DNA of 64,000 nucleotides from Octopus vulgaris (taxonomy: Eukaryota): the NCBI GenBank assembly GCA_951406725.2, contig OX597821.1:42842001-42906000 (forward strand), written 5' to 3'. Below the pieces are notes generated by a model. The model did no database searches. It was given only the letters and a program-made list of their open reading frames with translations, and had not been told where the DNA came from. This document shows positions 23,232 to 35,249 of the stretch, in pieces (positions within the stretch are counted from its first letter, which is position 1; each line of letters starts with the position of its first letter). A program made the position numbers and the translations under genes.

Positions 23232-25854
23232 CTATATTTCTGTGTATTTGTCTGTTAGTGTACAAGTTAATCTGTTTCTGTATGAATATATTATCTGTGC
23301 CTGTATCTGTCTTTATATTTTGCCTCTTCTTTTTAAATTTTATCAACCCTTTATTCCTATTCTATATAAACTGACTTTGCTTTACCAATATGTCAACTCT
23401 TTCTAATATTGCTCTTTTTTTTTAGTCACTCTCTTCTCAGATATAATTCATGAACCAGTCATTATAATTCATTCACTCCTTTTCTTGAGTGAATGGATTA
23501 TAATTGTGTCCTTTTGTCTATGTTTCAACTATGCAGAAACAATATTTAGATATTTCCATGAAGACTATTGTCATTCCAAACTGACAAGTTCATTACAGAA
23601 AATCACTGACTTCATTAAACATTAAGTTTGGAGGGAAACAGTTCTTTTCCCCAAGATCTACACAGCAAGACCAAAAATATAGAGAATTCTAAGGCTATTC
23701 ATATACAATCAAATAAGACAGTTAATTTGTACCATCTTGATAAAGAATCATACCATCCATTTGTCTTTGAAGCATTAACTAAAGATTAAAACAAATAAAC
23801 CAGAACCTACCACAATTGACAGGATCAATTAAATTTCCTGAATTTGACACTCAGCCTTTATAATGGTTTATATTACAAAAATAATAAACCTAATGAATTT
23901 CTAATCTCTCTAAATGTGTTATCAATAATTATCATTTCATATTTTAAAATGAGTTTTTAAAAGATCATTCTCACTATTGTTACAATGCTGTAGCTCATAG
24001 TGTATATTGTGAAAAATTTCAATATGGTTTTAAAATTGATAGAACAAAAGATAGCATAGACTGTGTTGGGATAATTCTTCTTTCAGTCTGTTTCTTGCCA
24101 ACATTTTTCTTTTCTAACCTAAAAAAAAAAAAGGATTTCTCTTTGAGCATTTATACCCATGTACCTTTAAAAATAATTAAAAAAGAAAGTTAAACTGACT
24201 CATTCTGCTCCTTTCACTTTATAAATAACATTACATCTTCAAACTTGTCTAAACTTTACTCTGTTAATAATCCTCCCACATTGAACTACAATTGTAATGG
24301 GTATCTAGTCTATACTCACTCGATTCTAATTGTTTAACTAAGAATGTCCTTTATAAGTGTAATCTTACCATTGTTAGCACTTTTAAAGTTTATATCAGTC
24401 TCACTAACAATGCATTTAAAAATTAGCTTTATTTTCATGAATATTCATTATTATTTAGTGTCTGCTTTCCATGGGTTAAATGGTTTTGACTGAAACTGGT
24501 AAGCTAGAGAGCTGCACCAGGTCCCATCTGATTTAACATGGTTTCTATGGCTGGGTGCCCTTCCTAACACCAACCACTCAAAGAGTGTAATGGATGCTTT
24601 TCTCCACATCCTTTTTTGTTTATACCTAGAAATTGAAGGAGGGTTTTATTTTTTTCAATATTAAATGGAATTGAGTGGAAGATGCCTCTCTTGGAATTGC
24701 TGACATAAAGGTGTCCAACTTATGGACTGGAGAAGACTAATGCTATTCTCTAAAAAACTTTCTTCTTTTCATTTCATTTTAGCCAACAATGATACCCATT
24801 GGTCCATCTTCCCCAGTAGCATACCACAGTTAGGTCTGCAGTTGCTGATTCATCTGGTAGGAGTCCAATTGTATCACAAGTGACCACTATAAATAGCAGT
24901 CGTATCACCACCTGCCACCCATTCTTTAGAAGACCAGCTCTGCATAGAAACATTGGATCCAAATCCATTTTAACTGTAGAGTGGATAATTATATTTTTAC
25001 TATTTCAATGTATTTAATTGACATATGAACTTGAATCAAAGTCCATATATCAAAATATCTTAGAATGGGTGGAACATAATTACATTATGAATATATAGAT
25101 GGTGTTTTATGGAATAAATAGTAACATAACATGACAATCATTGAGACATGAATCTGTTTTAGCCGTTGATAATTGAAGAACAGTTAAAAGAATTGAAGCA
25201 TATCAAAAGAGATAAGCCAAACATCTTTAACACTAATACATATCATTTAAGAAATAGATTGGATTGGGTGGAACATATGTAAATTATGTATTTATATAGA
25301 GTTATTGTTCTATAGAGAAATGAATTTAACATTCCTGAGACTGAGTAAACTTACATGTCATTCTTTGGCATGTATAAGGTGTGTGGATTGACATTAAAAT
25401 CACATTCATTTATAACTGACTTAGAGAGAAGATAGAAAAATCATTGACTTGTTAATTGCTAACCAGTATAAAGCAGTTACCCTACTAGACCAGAAAATAT
25501 CAAAGGCAAGGGTGACAAAAAATTTGGGATGTTTTCAATCCTAAATATCCAGACTGACCTCAAAGAAAGAAGAAATTATAACAACAGATCAATGTAATGT
25601 AAATCAAAAGAGAAAAGGTAAATATTTGGAAAAGAAGCTGGTATAAAGGCGGAGAGTAGAATCATAACAATTCACCAACATTAGGTCCAGAGACATTCCA
25701 TTATCTGAACTGATTCTGTTAGAGAAAATCAGACATAATAATACATATAACCAGAGAAGAGTTTAACTATTGAGTGAATGGTTGTCCAGTTGTAAACTAA
25801 CACATTCAAGAAGCTTCATTATGAGATAAAAAAATTCAAATCTAAATGTGTTGG

Positions 25855-26030
25855 GAAGCGCAGTTGTGGCCTGGTGATTAGAGTGTTGGGCTCATGAACA
25901 TAAAGTTGTAAGTTTGATTCCTGGAATGGGTAGCACACTATATCCTTGAGCAAAGCATTTCATTTCACGTTGCTCCAGTTTATTCAGCTTAAAATGAGTC
26001 ATCCCTCCAGCTGTCCCGTCCTGGATGTTC
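25855..26030 (+). mobile_element. Old tRNA-derived SINE
   Basis: tgtggcctggtgattag (A box), gtttgattcc (B box), then tccttgagcaaagcatttcat, resembling SINE central domains. Confidence 0.6.
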
Positions 26031-27960
26031 TACTGAGCCAAGGGTGAGAGGACTGTGAAGGAGTCTATGTCTTCTCATGATTAGTTAGGCATCTAAAACA
26101 ATTAGCAAAATCATGGTATATGCAACCAGATTGTATTCACCTGCATGTCATGGCTTTGGTTTCTTTTCTTTTCTATTGCATTATCAGAAATTCAAAGGAT
26201 CTACAACCATTATGTCATCTACAATACAAATGAAATTGGAGAAGTGTGGAGCCCTTCCAGATAGCACTGTTGCTCCAAGATAGAAAAGACAAGTGAAAGC
26301 AAAAAAAGTATTGTTACAATGATTCCAACATAGCAATAAATAATAAAAGAAAATTATTGATGTTGTAGGTGGGAGAATTTTGTAAAAACCAGCAGCAATT
26401 TATTCCTATGGAATAAAATCAAGGAGATATTAGAGGCAAACAATAGATATCGCTGCCTACAAAAAGGATGAGAGAAAACTTGAGTTTTCACATTAAACAG
26501 TACAACAAGCTCTTCAGGAGAAATTCTCTCAACTGAAAAAAAAAATAATAATAAATAAAAGCTATGGCACTTTTGTGGTGCATTTAAACCTAAAAGCACA
26601 GCCAAAACACAGGCTTAAATTAAAAAAAAACATACCTCTGATTATACATTTATGCCAGAGTATATAGGTCAAACAAATACAAGAGTCTCAATAAGAGACA
26701 ATGGAAACAACTTAGATCCATGGCTAGCCATGATTTTGTATTGCAGTAAGGACAAGTGGTCAGAATCAGCCAACAAAGGCAAGATGCTGTTAGGGGACAT
26801 CAAAATGAATTTGCAAGTCCTAATGTTCCTTGAAAGTCACAGAAACATAGCAGAGCTACGTCCAGTAGAAGGTGCTGAGACAAAGGGTGTGATATTAATG
26901 ATACAGGGTAGAAAGCCTAGTTATATAATTGTTAGAGTAAAAAGCTCTGAAGAACTGTGAAGAAGACTAAGCAAAAACAAAAAGAGGACATCATAAATAA
27001 CGGAAATCAGCAGCAATAGTGTAAAAAATAGAGGAACAAAAACAGATGAACAAATACCTCATCCTTTGATGTTACCAACATGTCATACAGCATCTTCATC
27101 ATGTGATGAGGAAGAAATAATTACAGATGAAAATATGAAGAGAAAAAGGAGAAAAAATTGTAAAATGGTTTTGACGTAAAACAATAAAAACACGTGAGGA
27201 GAAACAATTTTTTCTAAACAGCTATGAAATCTCTCCTCAAGAAGATGTAGATGAAGATAAACTAGAATTCCTTGTTCTTTGAAAATCAAATAGTTATACA
27301 TCCAAATTACACATCAGTGATACCACAACTCACTGAAGGGATTAAATGACAAAAATATAATTAAATTCAGAACTGAAACCAGATGCAAAAGAAAAATTTT
27401 CTAGTAAAATTAAAATTTAGACATCATTTCAAACTAAAAAAGCAATGCTCTCAAGAAATTGTTGTCTTTCAGCATCAAATGCTTATTTGCATATTTGGTT
27501 GCACTCAAATACAATTTGAGAAATGGTTAGGTGAATGGGTGTAGTACTTAACTCAAATTAACCAGAAAATCTTTCAATATTTCTTCAATTTTAGTTTTAA
27601 ATATTGTGTTTTATTGTACTCTTATTTATTTCCGTGTAAATATGTGTGTGAATATGTGTGCATGTAATCGTGTGTGTGTAACAGTGACATTGCTATAACC
27701 CTATCTAGGTTGATGGATGAATTTCCAGCCGTTGATAGAGCTAAAAATAAAGTGTTGTGTCACAAGTGTATGTTAAAGATAACTAAGATAATTTGTCAGC
27801 TTATCCCAAATGAAGGACAGAAATCTACAGTAAGTGATATAAACGACAATGAGATGATAATGATGAGAGTGGTAGTTGTGGTGGTGATGATGATGATTTG
27901 CGAAATAAACTTATCTTCAGAAAAATTTTTTTAAATGACTGAACAAAACATTATACTCAC

Positions 27961-28284
27961 CTTTCCCTTCAAAAAACAATTCAAAGAAGCCATTCCAATC
28001 TCCATCATATTCATATAGTTTCTTAAGCTGAAATGTATGGTAGTAGGCAGAGGCAGCAATATCACGAGGGTTGCGTGTCATGAAAATCATTTTAGGTTTT
28101 TTGGTAAATATCTCTCTAGGTAAATGATGCAAGAACAGGTGGTTGTTTAGAACTCTGGGTGATGGAAGCTGGTCTAGTTGGTCGCGGCTTGCACATTCTA
28201 TCATTGCAGTCAACTTGCTATCTGGGTTATATTCAGCAGAACCATTAACTAACATTCCAGCAATTTCCCACATCCAGTGGCAAC
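27961..28284 (-). CDS. Cytosolic sulfotransferase, coding exon 2
   Basis: acatag|(G)CHWMWEI...SPRVLNNHL (catalytic His)...RNPRDIAASAYYH (3'-PB motif)...FFEGK|gtgagt; 324 nt. Confidence 0.93.
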
Positions 28285-28327
28285 CTATGTTGGAAAGATT
28301 GAAATATCAAGGGTGAACATCAAATCA

Positions 28328-28510
28328 TACAAGGGGGTGGTGGAAAGTTCTTGGGTTTGGGTAAAATGAAATACAGGAGTATTAGGAAATTATGATTTTA
28401 TTCAACATATTCCTCTCTCAGATTCTCACACTTATTGTAGCTATCCTTCAGTTTTTCTAAGTCCTATAAAAGAACTCAGAAAGTTAGGCCTCCAATCAAG
28501 CATTTTGCCT
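28328..28510. mobile_element. Mariner-like terminal fragment
   Basis: TA-CAAGGGGGTGGTGGAAAGTTC resembles the terminus at 121. Confidence 0.5.
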
Positions 28511-29519
28511 GATTTTTTAAATGGATATAACTTTTAATATATTAATTGATTAATATTTTACAAATAATTATTTATCCTGGGTATTTTGACTCTGTCATTC
28601 TTTTGATTTAAGGTTTTCTTCGATTTTATAATAAGATGATTTTATACCAAAATTTGTTCATTGCATGCAACCGGTCATTGTAAAAACCGTTAATTGAAAG
28701 GAGCAATGAAAGAAAACCATTTTCCAATGTGTATCCATTAAACTAATTGTATATGTTTGCTTATAAACTTATTCTTGTTCCATACTAAATAAAACTGTCC
28801 GACGAACAGTTTACATACATAGATATATGTACATACATAGATATATGTACATATATAAATACACACACACACACACATTATATGTATGTATATGTATGTA
28901 TTCTTTTTCATTGTTATGTCTGTGTTTCCACTCTCACATGGATCACATAAGTATGCTATTGTGGCGATGTTTTACAACTGGATGCCCTTCCTGTTGCTAA
29001 TCCTTACCTATTTCTTACTTCACTCATCTTTGAAGGTAAAAATCAGTGATTTAGTGGCAGACAGTGAAAATGAATGAGAGATCAGTAATTCTCTGAGAAG
29101 CAGAGATATAAACGCAGAGATACATCCCGCTTCTCACACACCCACCTACCCACCCACACACATGCGCACGCATGCACACGCATGCACACACACGCACATC
29201 TATAAAATGAAAGATGGACAAGCCATTGTTTATGGTATCAAAGTGTTTACAACAAAGTCACTCAAACATGCATACAAATATGATTAAACAGAAAGCAGTA
29301 TGTTACAACTTTTGTCTGTCATCAATGCTCTCTGCAATGGAACTGAAGAGTCAAATGAGAGGTCATGGCTGGCAAGTCAGAAACACTGTTGACAATGAGG
29401 AAGCACAAAGAGACAGCGGTCATTTCTGAAAAGGGAACAATCACCATGTATGTATGTATGCATGTGTGTATATGTAAAGTCAACAAGTGAGATCCAGGGA
29501 TTCTCATTATAGAAGACAC

Positions 29520-29743
29520 TTAGTAGTGCTCAAATGATTCAAACTTAAACTCTGGTGTCTTTACAGGAGATCAATTCCACAGGATAAAGAATGACTATAA
29601 CAGGGATCAAGTTGAGCAGATGTGGAGGTAATTGCCTCTGTATCTGCTCAACTTGATCCCTGTTATAGCAATTCTTTACCCTGTAGAATTAATCTCCTGT
29701 AAAGACATTAGAGTTTAAGTTTGAATCATTTGAGCACTACTAA
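29520..29743. repeat. Spacerless palindrome (112-bp arms) in sulfotransferase intron 1
   Basis: Centre at 29631/29632; arms pair throughout with scattered mismatches, mostly transitions. Confidence 0.95.
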
Positions 29744-30091
29744 ATCTGTGTGTGTGTGTATGTGTGTGCGTGTGTGTGTGTGCATGTGTGTGTGTGTGTG
29801 CGTGCGTGCATGTGTGTGTGTGTGTGTGTGTTTGTGCACGTGTGTGTACGTATGTATGTATGTTTAGGAATACAGGATTTTGGTAGGGTACAGTGAAATA
29901 TAGTGATGATAGAAAAATCAGTCAGAAGCAATGTAGATATCTTGTCTATAGAGATATAAAATGTCTAAAATTTCCTGAGGCAATGCTGAAGGATTAATAT
30001 GCATAAAAGGAGATGGAGGAAGATGAAAGGGAAGATACAGAACAAATAGAAAACTCAGAGACTACAACAAAATAAAAGAGTTAAATTTATA

Positions 30092-30346
30092 ATGGAAGCT
30101 AGCAGCAAAGGACTACCATTCTTGGACATCCTCATAAAATTATCAAATATTAGGATTACAAATTACATATTCTATATAAAAAAAAGAAACAAAACAGAAA
30201 ATCTTGCATATTGTATAACCTGCCCTGACTGTAAGGAAAATTACATCAACCAGACCAGAAACTCCCAATGTGAACAAGTGAGGATACATAAGCAACAAAT
30301 AAGTCATCCAGAATTAAAGAAAATCCCTCTTAGTGGTAACAACTAA
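30092..30346 (+). pseudogene. Penelope-like element remnant: RT C-terminus fused by deletion to GIY-YIG endonuclease
   Basis: E..SKGLPFLDILIK (PLE RT motif) joined to NLAYCITCPDCKENYINQT..VRIHKQQISHP (GIY-YIG with CxxC). Confidence 0.8.
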
Positions 30347-30671
30347 ACCTACATTAATTCATATCTGTAACAATACTTAGATTAAATACAAAAAATAAAT
30401 ACATTAGATATTAACTAAATGTGAATAAATTTCATTTTGAATTTAGGTAAGGTTTGTTACAGTTGATGATGTTAATGAGGATAAAATCCATTTGAATTCA
30501 AGGTGTGTTTATCAGTTGTTGAAAGGAGATCATGGAAAAAAACTCAGAAGATGAAGCATTAGAAAAATATTGAAAATGTGATCTGAGAGCTAAGATAATA
30601 GCAGAGACAATTGAACTAAGAGAGAAACATGTATGATTGTGGGATGTCCTTACTGATAAAAAAATACCTAC

Positions 30672-30837
30672 CTGCTTTAAAATAGCCTTGAAGTAAAACA
30701 TCATCATCTCTTATTGGCATATCTGGAAGTCTGTCCATATTTTCTTGAATATTTGGAAATGAAGGTAGCAAAAATCCATTGTAATCATAGTTGAGTAATT
30801 GAAATCCAGCAGAATCTTTGTAGTAAACTTCTGACAT
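30672..30837 (-). CDS. Cytosolic sulfotransferase, coding exon 1 (gene total 870 nt = 289 aa + stop)
   Basis: MSEVYY...PIRDDDVLLQGYFKA(G)|gtaggt; joins exon 2 to give the 5'-PSB loop GYFKAGCHW. An acceptor ttttcacag 20 nt upstream of the ATG implies a further 5'-UTR exon. Confidence 0.9.
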
Positions 30838-30899
30838 GTTGTAACTCTATGGAATCTCTGTGAAAATACAATATTTCATAAAGGAGTCATAAATACATA

Positions 30900-31270
30900 T
30901 CATCATCATCATCATAGTCGTCATCGTTGTTGTCGTCCTCATCATCATTTAACATTAGTTTTCCATGCTGGCAACAGTTGGACAGTTTGACAGAACTTGG
31001 CTGGGTAGAAAACTGCACCAAAATTCACTGCCTGTTTTGACATGGTTTTTGCAGCTGGATGCCCTTGAAAGTGCCAACCAGTTTACAGTGTGGACTGGAT
31101 GCTTTTTTATGTGACACAAGGATTGGCGGGGTCACCAAGTAACTTGGAAAATAAAGATCCTTTGAGAGGAGGGGCATTGGAGGTGATGAGATGTTAGAGT
31201 GTGACAGAGGGAGAGGAACAGGTGTCTTGCTGTGGAGAAGGTACATGGTTACCAAGTCAGAAGGAGAGAG
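30900..31270 (-). mobile_element. RTE-tailed SINE/LINE 3' fragment (related copy on plus strand at ~46000-46456)
   Basis: (ATC)n tail, cagctggatgccctt motif, and a shared ccaagtaactt..aaagatcc segment. Confidence 0.75.
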
Positions 31271-31323
31271 CAAGAGAAAGGAAGAGAAACTGAGAATACA
31301 TATACATATATATTATATATATA

Positions 31324-31360
31324 CTAGTAGAGATACCCAGCCTTGCTCGGGATTAAAATG
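31324..31360 (-). mobile_element. Isolated Helitron 3' terminus
   Basis: Minus strand: hairpin CCCGAGC-aag-GCTGGG, then TATCTCTA-CTAG|T. Confidence 0.65.
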
Positions 31361-31609
31361 GCATGGTTTTTTATTGTTTTACTTGTTTCTGTCATGTGAC
31401 TACGGCCATGCTGGAGCACTGCTTTTGGTTGAAAAAATTCGACCACAGGATTTATTTCTTGTAAGCCTAATACTTATTCTGTCAGTGTCTTTTGCTGAAC
31501 CACGAAGTTATGGGAACGTAAACATAGTAACATTGGTTGTGAAGCAATGGTGAGGGTACAAACACAGACACAGACAGGTAGTTACACACACTCACACATA
31601 TATATATAT

Positions 31610-31651
<42 letters not shown>

Positions 31652-31668
31652 CCATATATATACATATA

Positions 31669-31704
<36 letters not shown>

Positions 31705-31709
<5 letters not shown>

Positions 31710-32169
31710 AGATAAGAAAATGGAGAAATACATCTAAATCAAATATCAATTACCAGATAATACTCAATCACATACTTTATTCACCACATAAGAGACTGTA
31801 GGGTTAAACATTAAAAAGCAGAACAAATCAGTGTACATAAAGGAATGTACATAAAAAGAGTAATGTTGTATAATAAGTAGAATATATATAAAAAAGAGAA
31901 TATAAATATAAGTAAATATAAATAAATAATATACTTATATTTATATTTACTTATATTTATATTCTCTTTTTATATATATTCTACTTATTATACAACATTA
32001 CTCTTTTATGTACACTTGTTTATGTACATTCCTTTATGTACACTGATTTGTTCTGCTTTTTTATGTTTAACCCTACAGTCTCTTATGTGGTGAATAAAGT
32101 ATGTGATTGAGTATTATCTGGTAATTGATATTTGATTTAGATGTATTTCTCCATTTTCTTATCTTGTAT
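31705..32169. repeat. Near-perfect foldback (~225-bp arms) between (TA)n tracts
   Basis: atacaagataagaaaatggagaaatacatc... inverted at ...gatgtatttctccattttcttatcttgtat. Confidence 0.95.
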
Positions 32170-32338
32170 TAGTAATTTGTGGTAAATAATTTTACCTTTG
32201 CCCATATAATATAGTAAATGAATTGATTGCATCGCAATCCTTAACATTTATGTATTAACTTTGTTGGGTACTTCACTAGCAGTATATTGGATATATGTTA
32301 TCCCATGGAGGGTTGCATTAACAACACCTATCTCAATT

Positions 32339-32528
<190 letters not shown>

Positions 32529-32717
32529 GCAATAAGAAAATGAAAGGGATCAACTTATAGACCTTATATTATGTCTATTTATTTATTTTTTAAAAAAGAC
32601 AATTATAACAATATACATACATGTATAACATCTTATGCTTTACATAAATAATAATTGAAATATAAAAATACCAGTAATTATTAAAATATAACATAGAGCA
32701 ATAGAAATTGGGAAGAT

Positions 32718-32843
32718 AACTTACAGCTGTTTCAGCCAAGAGGCAATAATACCTCATTCTACTTTTATCCTTCCAGTGGACTGAAGTAATTAGTAGATGA
32801 AATTGAGGTGCTTGGGTGTTTCTCTAGGCTTCGTCAGAGAGTT
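32718..32843 (-). ncRNA. Type-I hammerhead ribozyme motif with long stem II
   Basis: Minus strand: aactct-CTGACGA-AGCCtAGAG...CTCTtGGCT-GAA-ACAGCTGT-A-agtt; perfect palindromic stem III, GUA site, weak stem I. Confidence 0.7.
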
Positions 32844-32969
32844 TAGAAAGTTCATAAGGCTAAGCTATAAATATAAATACGTGCATACACACACACACAC
32901 ACACATATATATATATGCACATGTATAAACACACATATATATCCATATATATATATATATATATATATA

Positions 32970-33433
32970 TGACCTTCGAACGTTGGGCCTCACGGAGGCA
33001 ATGACGAAAGACCGAGACCTCTGAAGATATTCTGTGACTGCGAAGACCTGGCAGATAACGTGAGTTCATGGCTGTTTCCTGCCCCAGCTTCACATATAAG
33101 CCCCGGCCCTTCCAAAGTACTTTGGATCACAGGACGGCCTGCTGTGTTAACCTTGGATCGTAGGGCGACCTGCTGTGCTTGAGGAGACCTATTGAGTCAA
33201 GTACATCAACATCAAAAAAATCAAATGGAAATTGTACCTGTGATACCTGCGCCGGTGGCACGTAAAAAGTACCCACTACACTCACGGAGTGGTTGGTGTT
33301 AGGAAGGGCATCCAGCTGTAGAAAGTCTGCTAGATCAGACTGGAGCCTGGTGCAGCCTCCTGGTTTCCCAGACCCCAGTTGAACCGTCCAACACATGCTA
33401 GTATGGAGAACAGGCGTTAAATGATGATGATGA

Positions 33434-33434
<1 letters not shown>
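32970..33434 (+). mobile_element. 5'-truncated RTE LINE (end of ORF plus 3' UTR)
   Basis: gaccttcgaacgttgggcctcac (DLRTLGL) through to a (GAT)n tail. Confidence 0.85.
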
Positions 33435-33495
<61 letters not shown>

Positions 33496-33498
<3 letters not shown>

Positions 33499-34745
33499 TC
33501 GTTTAACGTCCGCTTTCCATGCTGGCATGGGTTCGATGGTTTGACTGAGGACTGGCGAGTCAGATGACTGCACCAGGCTCCAATCTGATCTGGCAGAGTT
33601 TCTACAGCTGGATGCCCTTCCTAACGCCAACCACTCCGAGAGTGTAGTGGGTGCTTTTACGTGCTACCGGCGCAAGGACCAGTCAGGTGGTACTGGCAAT
33701 GCTCAAATGGTGTTTTTTACGTGCCACCTACACAGGAGCCAGTCCAGCGGCACTGGCAATGACCTCACTCAAATGTTGTTTTTTATGTGCCACTGGCGCA
33801 CGTACCAGTAAGGCGATGCTGGTAATGATCACGCTCGAATGGTGCTTTTTACGTGCCACCGGTACAGGAGCCAGTATGTGGCCCTGGTAACGATGACTCT
33901 CAGATGGTGCTCTTGATGTTCCACTAGCACGGATGCCAGTCAGGCGGTGCTGTCATTGGCCATGTCAGCGAATTTGATTTCGATTTCACTTGCCTGAACA
34001 GGTCTTCGCAAGCAGAGTTTTGTGTCCAATGAAAGAAAGGTACACATAAGTGGGTTTGTTACACCACTGGCATAGGCCACGGGTTATGGTCTCACTTGGC
34101 TTGCTTTGTCTTCTCAAGCACAGCATATTTCCAAAGGTCTCGGTCACTAGTCATTGCCACGGTGAGGCCTAATGTTCGAAGGTCGTGCTTCACCACTCCA
34201 TTCCAGGTCTTCCTGGGTCTACCTCTTCCACAGGTTCCCTCAGCCGCTAGGGTGTAACACTTTTTCACACAGCTATCTTCATCCATTCTCACCACATGAC
34301 CATACCAGCACAGTCGTCTCTCTTGCACACCACATCTGATGCTTCTTAGGTCCAACTTTTACACTCTGTTGTGTATGCACACTCGCATTACACATCCAGT
34401 GGAGCATACTCGCTTCATTCCTTGCAAGCTTACGCATGTCCTCAGCAGTCACAGACCATGTTTCACTGTGATGTAGCATGGCTGTTCGTACACATGCGTC
34501 ATACAGTCTACCTTTTACTCTGAGCGAGAGGCCCTTTGTCACCAGCAGAGGTAGGAGTTCTCTGAACTTTACCCAGGCTATTCTTATTCTAGCAGCTACA
34601 CATTCACCACCTCCGCTATGACTTGGTCACCTAGGTAACAGAAGCTGTCAACTACTTGTAGTTTTTCTCCCTGGAATGTGACAGAAGTTGTTCTCTGCAC
34701 ATTTTCAGTGTTTATTGTTCCTGAGCATCTGCCACATACAAAACC

Positions 34746-34750
<5 letters not shown>
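33496..34750 (-). mobile_element. 5'-truncated, degraded RTE LINE
   Basis: TKGLSLRVKGRLYDACVRTAMLH..ETW and RRLCWYGHVVRM..GRGRPRKTW; same 3' UTR as other copies. Confidence 0.9.
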
Positions 34751-34803
<53 letters not shown>

Positions 34804-34955
34804 CAAACATATGTATATAATTTTGAGAAAAACCTCTATTAAGCAAATTCAATAATGAAAGACGTTATTCACACCATATAGAAAAAATTAAATATACTAT
34901 AAAAACCATTATTCTAAAAATCAATAAAGTACATAAACAATAAATAAATAGTAAA

Positions 34956-35062
34956 TAGACTACGCGTGTTTCATGTTTATATCTTCAAATCGAAAATAAT
35001 AATAAAATAAAATCGATCTAAAATTAATATTATTAAAAAAATATTGTCACTCATCAGGTCTA
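34956..35062 (-). ncRNA. Type-I hammerhead ribozyme motif (canonical core) in AT-rich pLTR-like DNA
   Basis: Minus strand: TAGAC-CTGATGA-GTG..(~70 nt AT-rich)..CAT-GAA-ACACGCGT-A-GTCTA; 5-bp stem I, near-palindromic stem III, GUA site. Confidence 0.75.
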
Positions 35063-35249
35063 ACATAATAGTAAGAATAATAACAATAAAATAAAATAAA
35101 TTTACGTATCTTAACTTATAATAATTAACAAATAAATATAAAAAAATACGTGTTTTAACAATAAAAATTCAACAATATTTCTAAAAATCAAAAATATAAC
35201 TTATCGAAGAAATTCTGTTAATTAAAATCATCTGCAGATAAGATAATAG

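Noticed and set aside
26640-26960. ORF beginning MPEYIGQT as a GIY-YIG protein
   Set aside because: Only a 5-residue match; possibly a Penelope scrap but too degraded to call.
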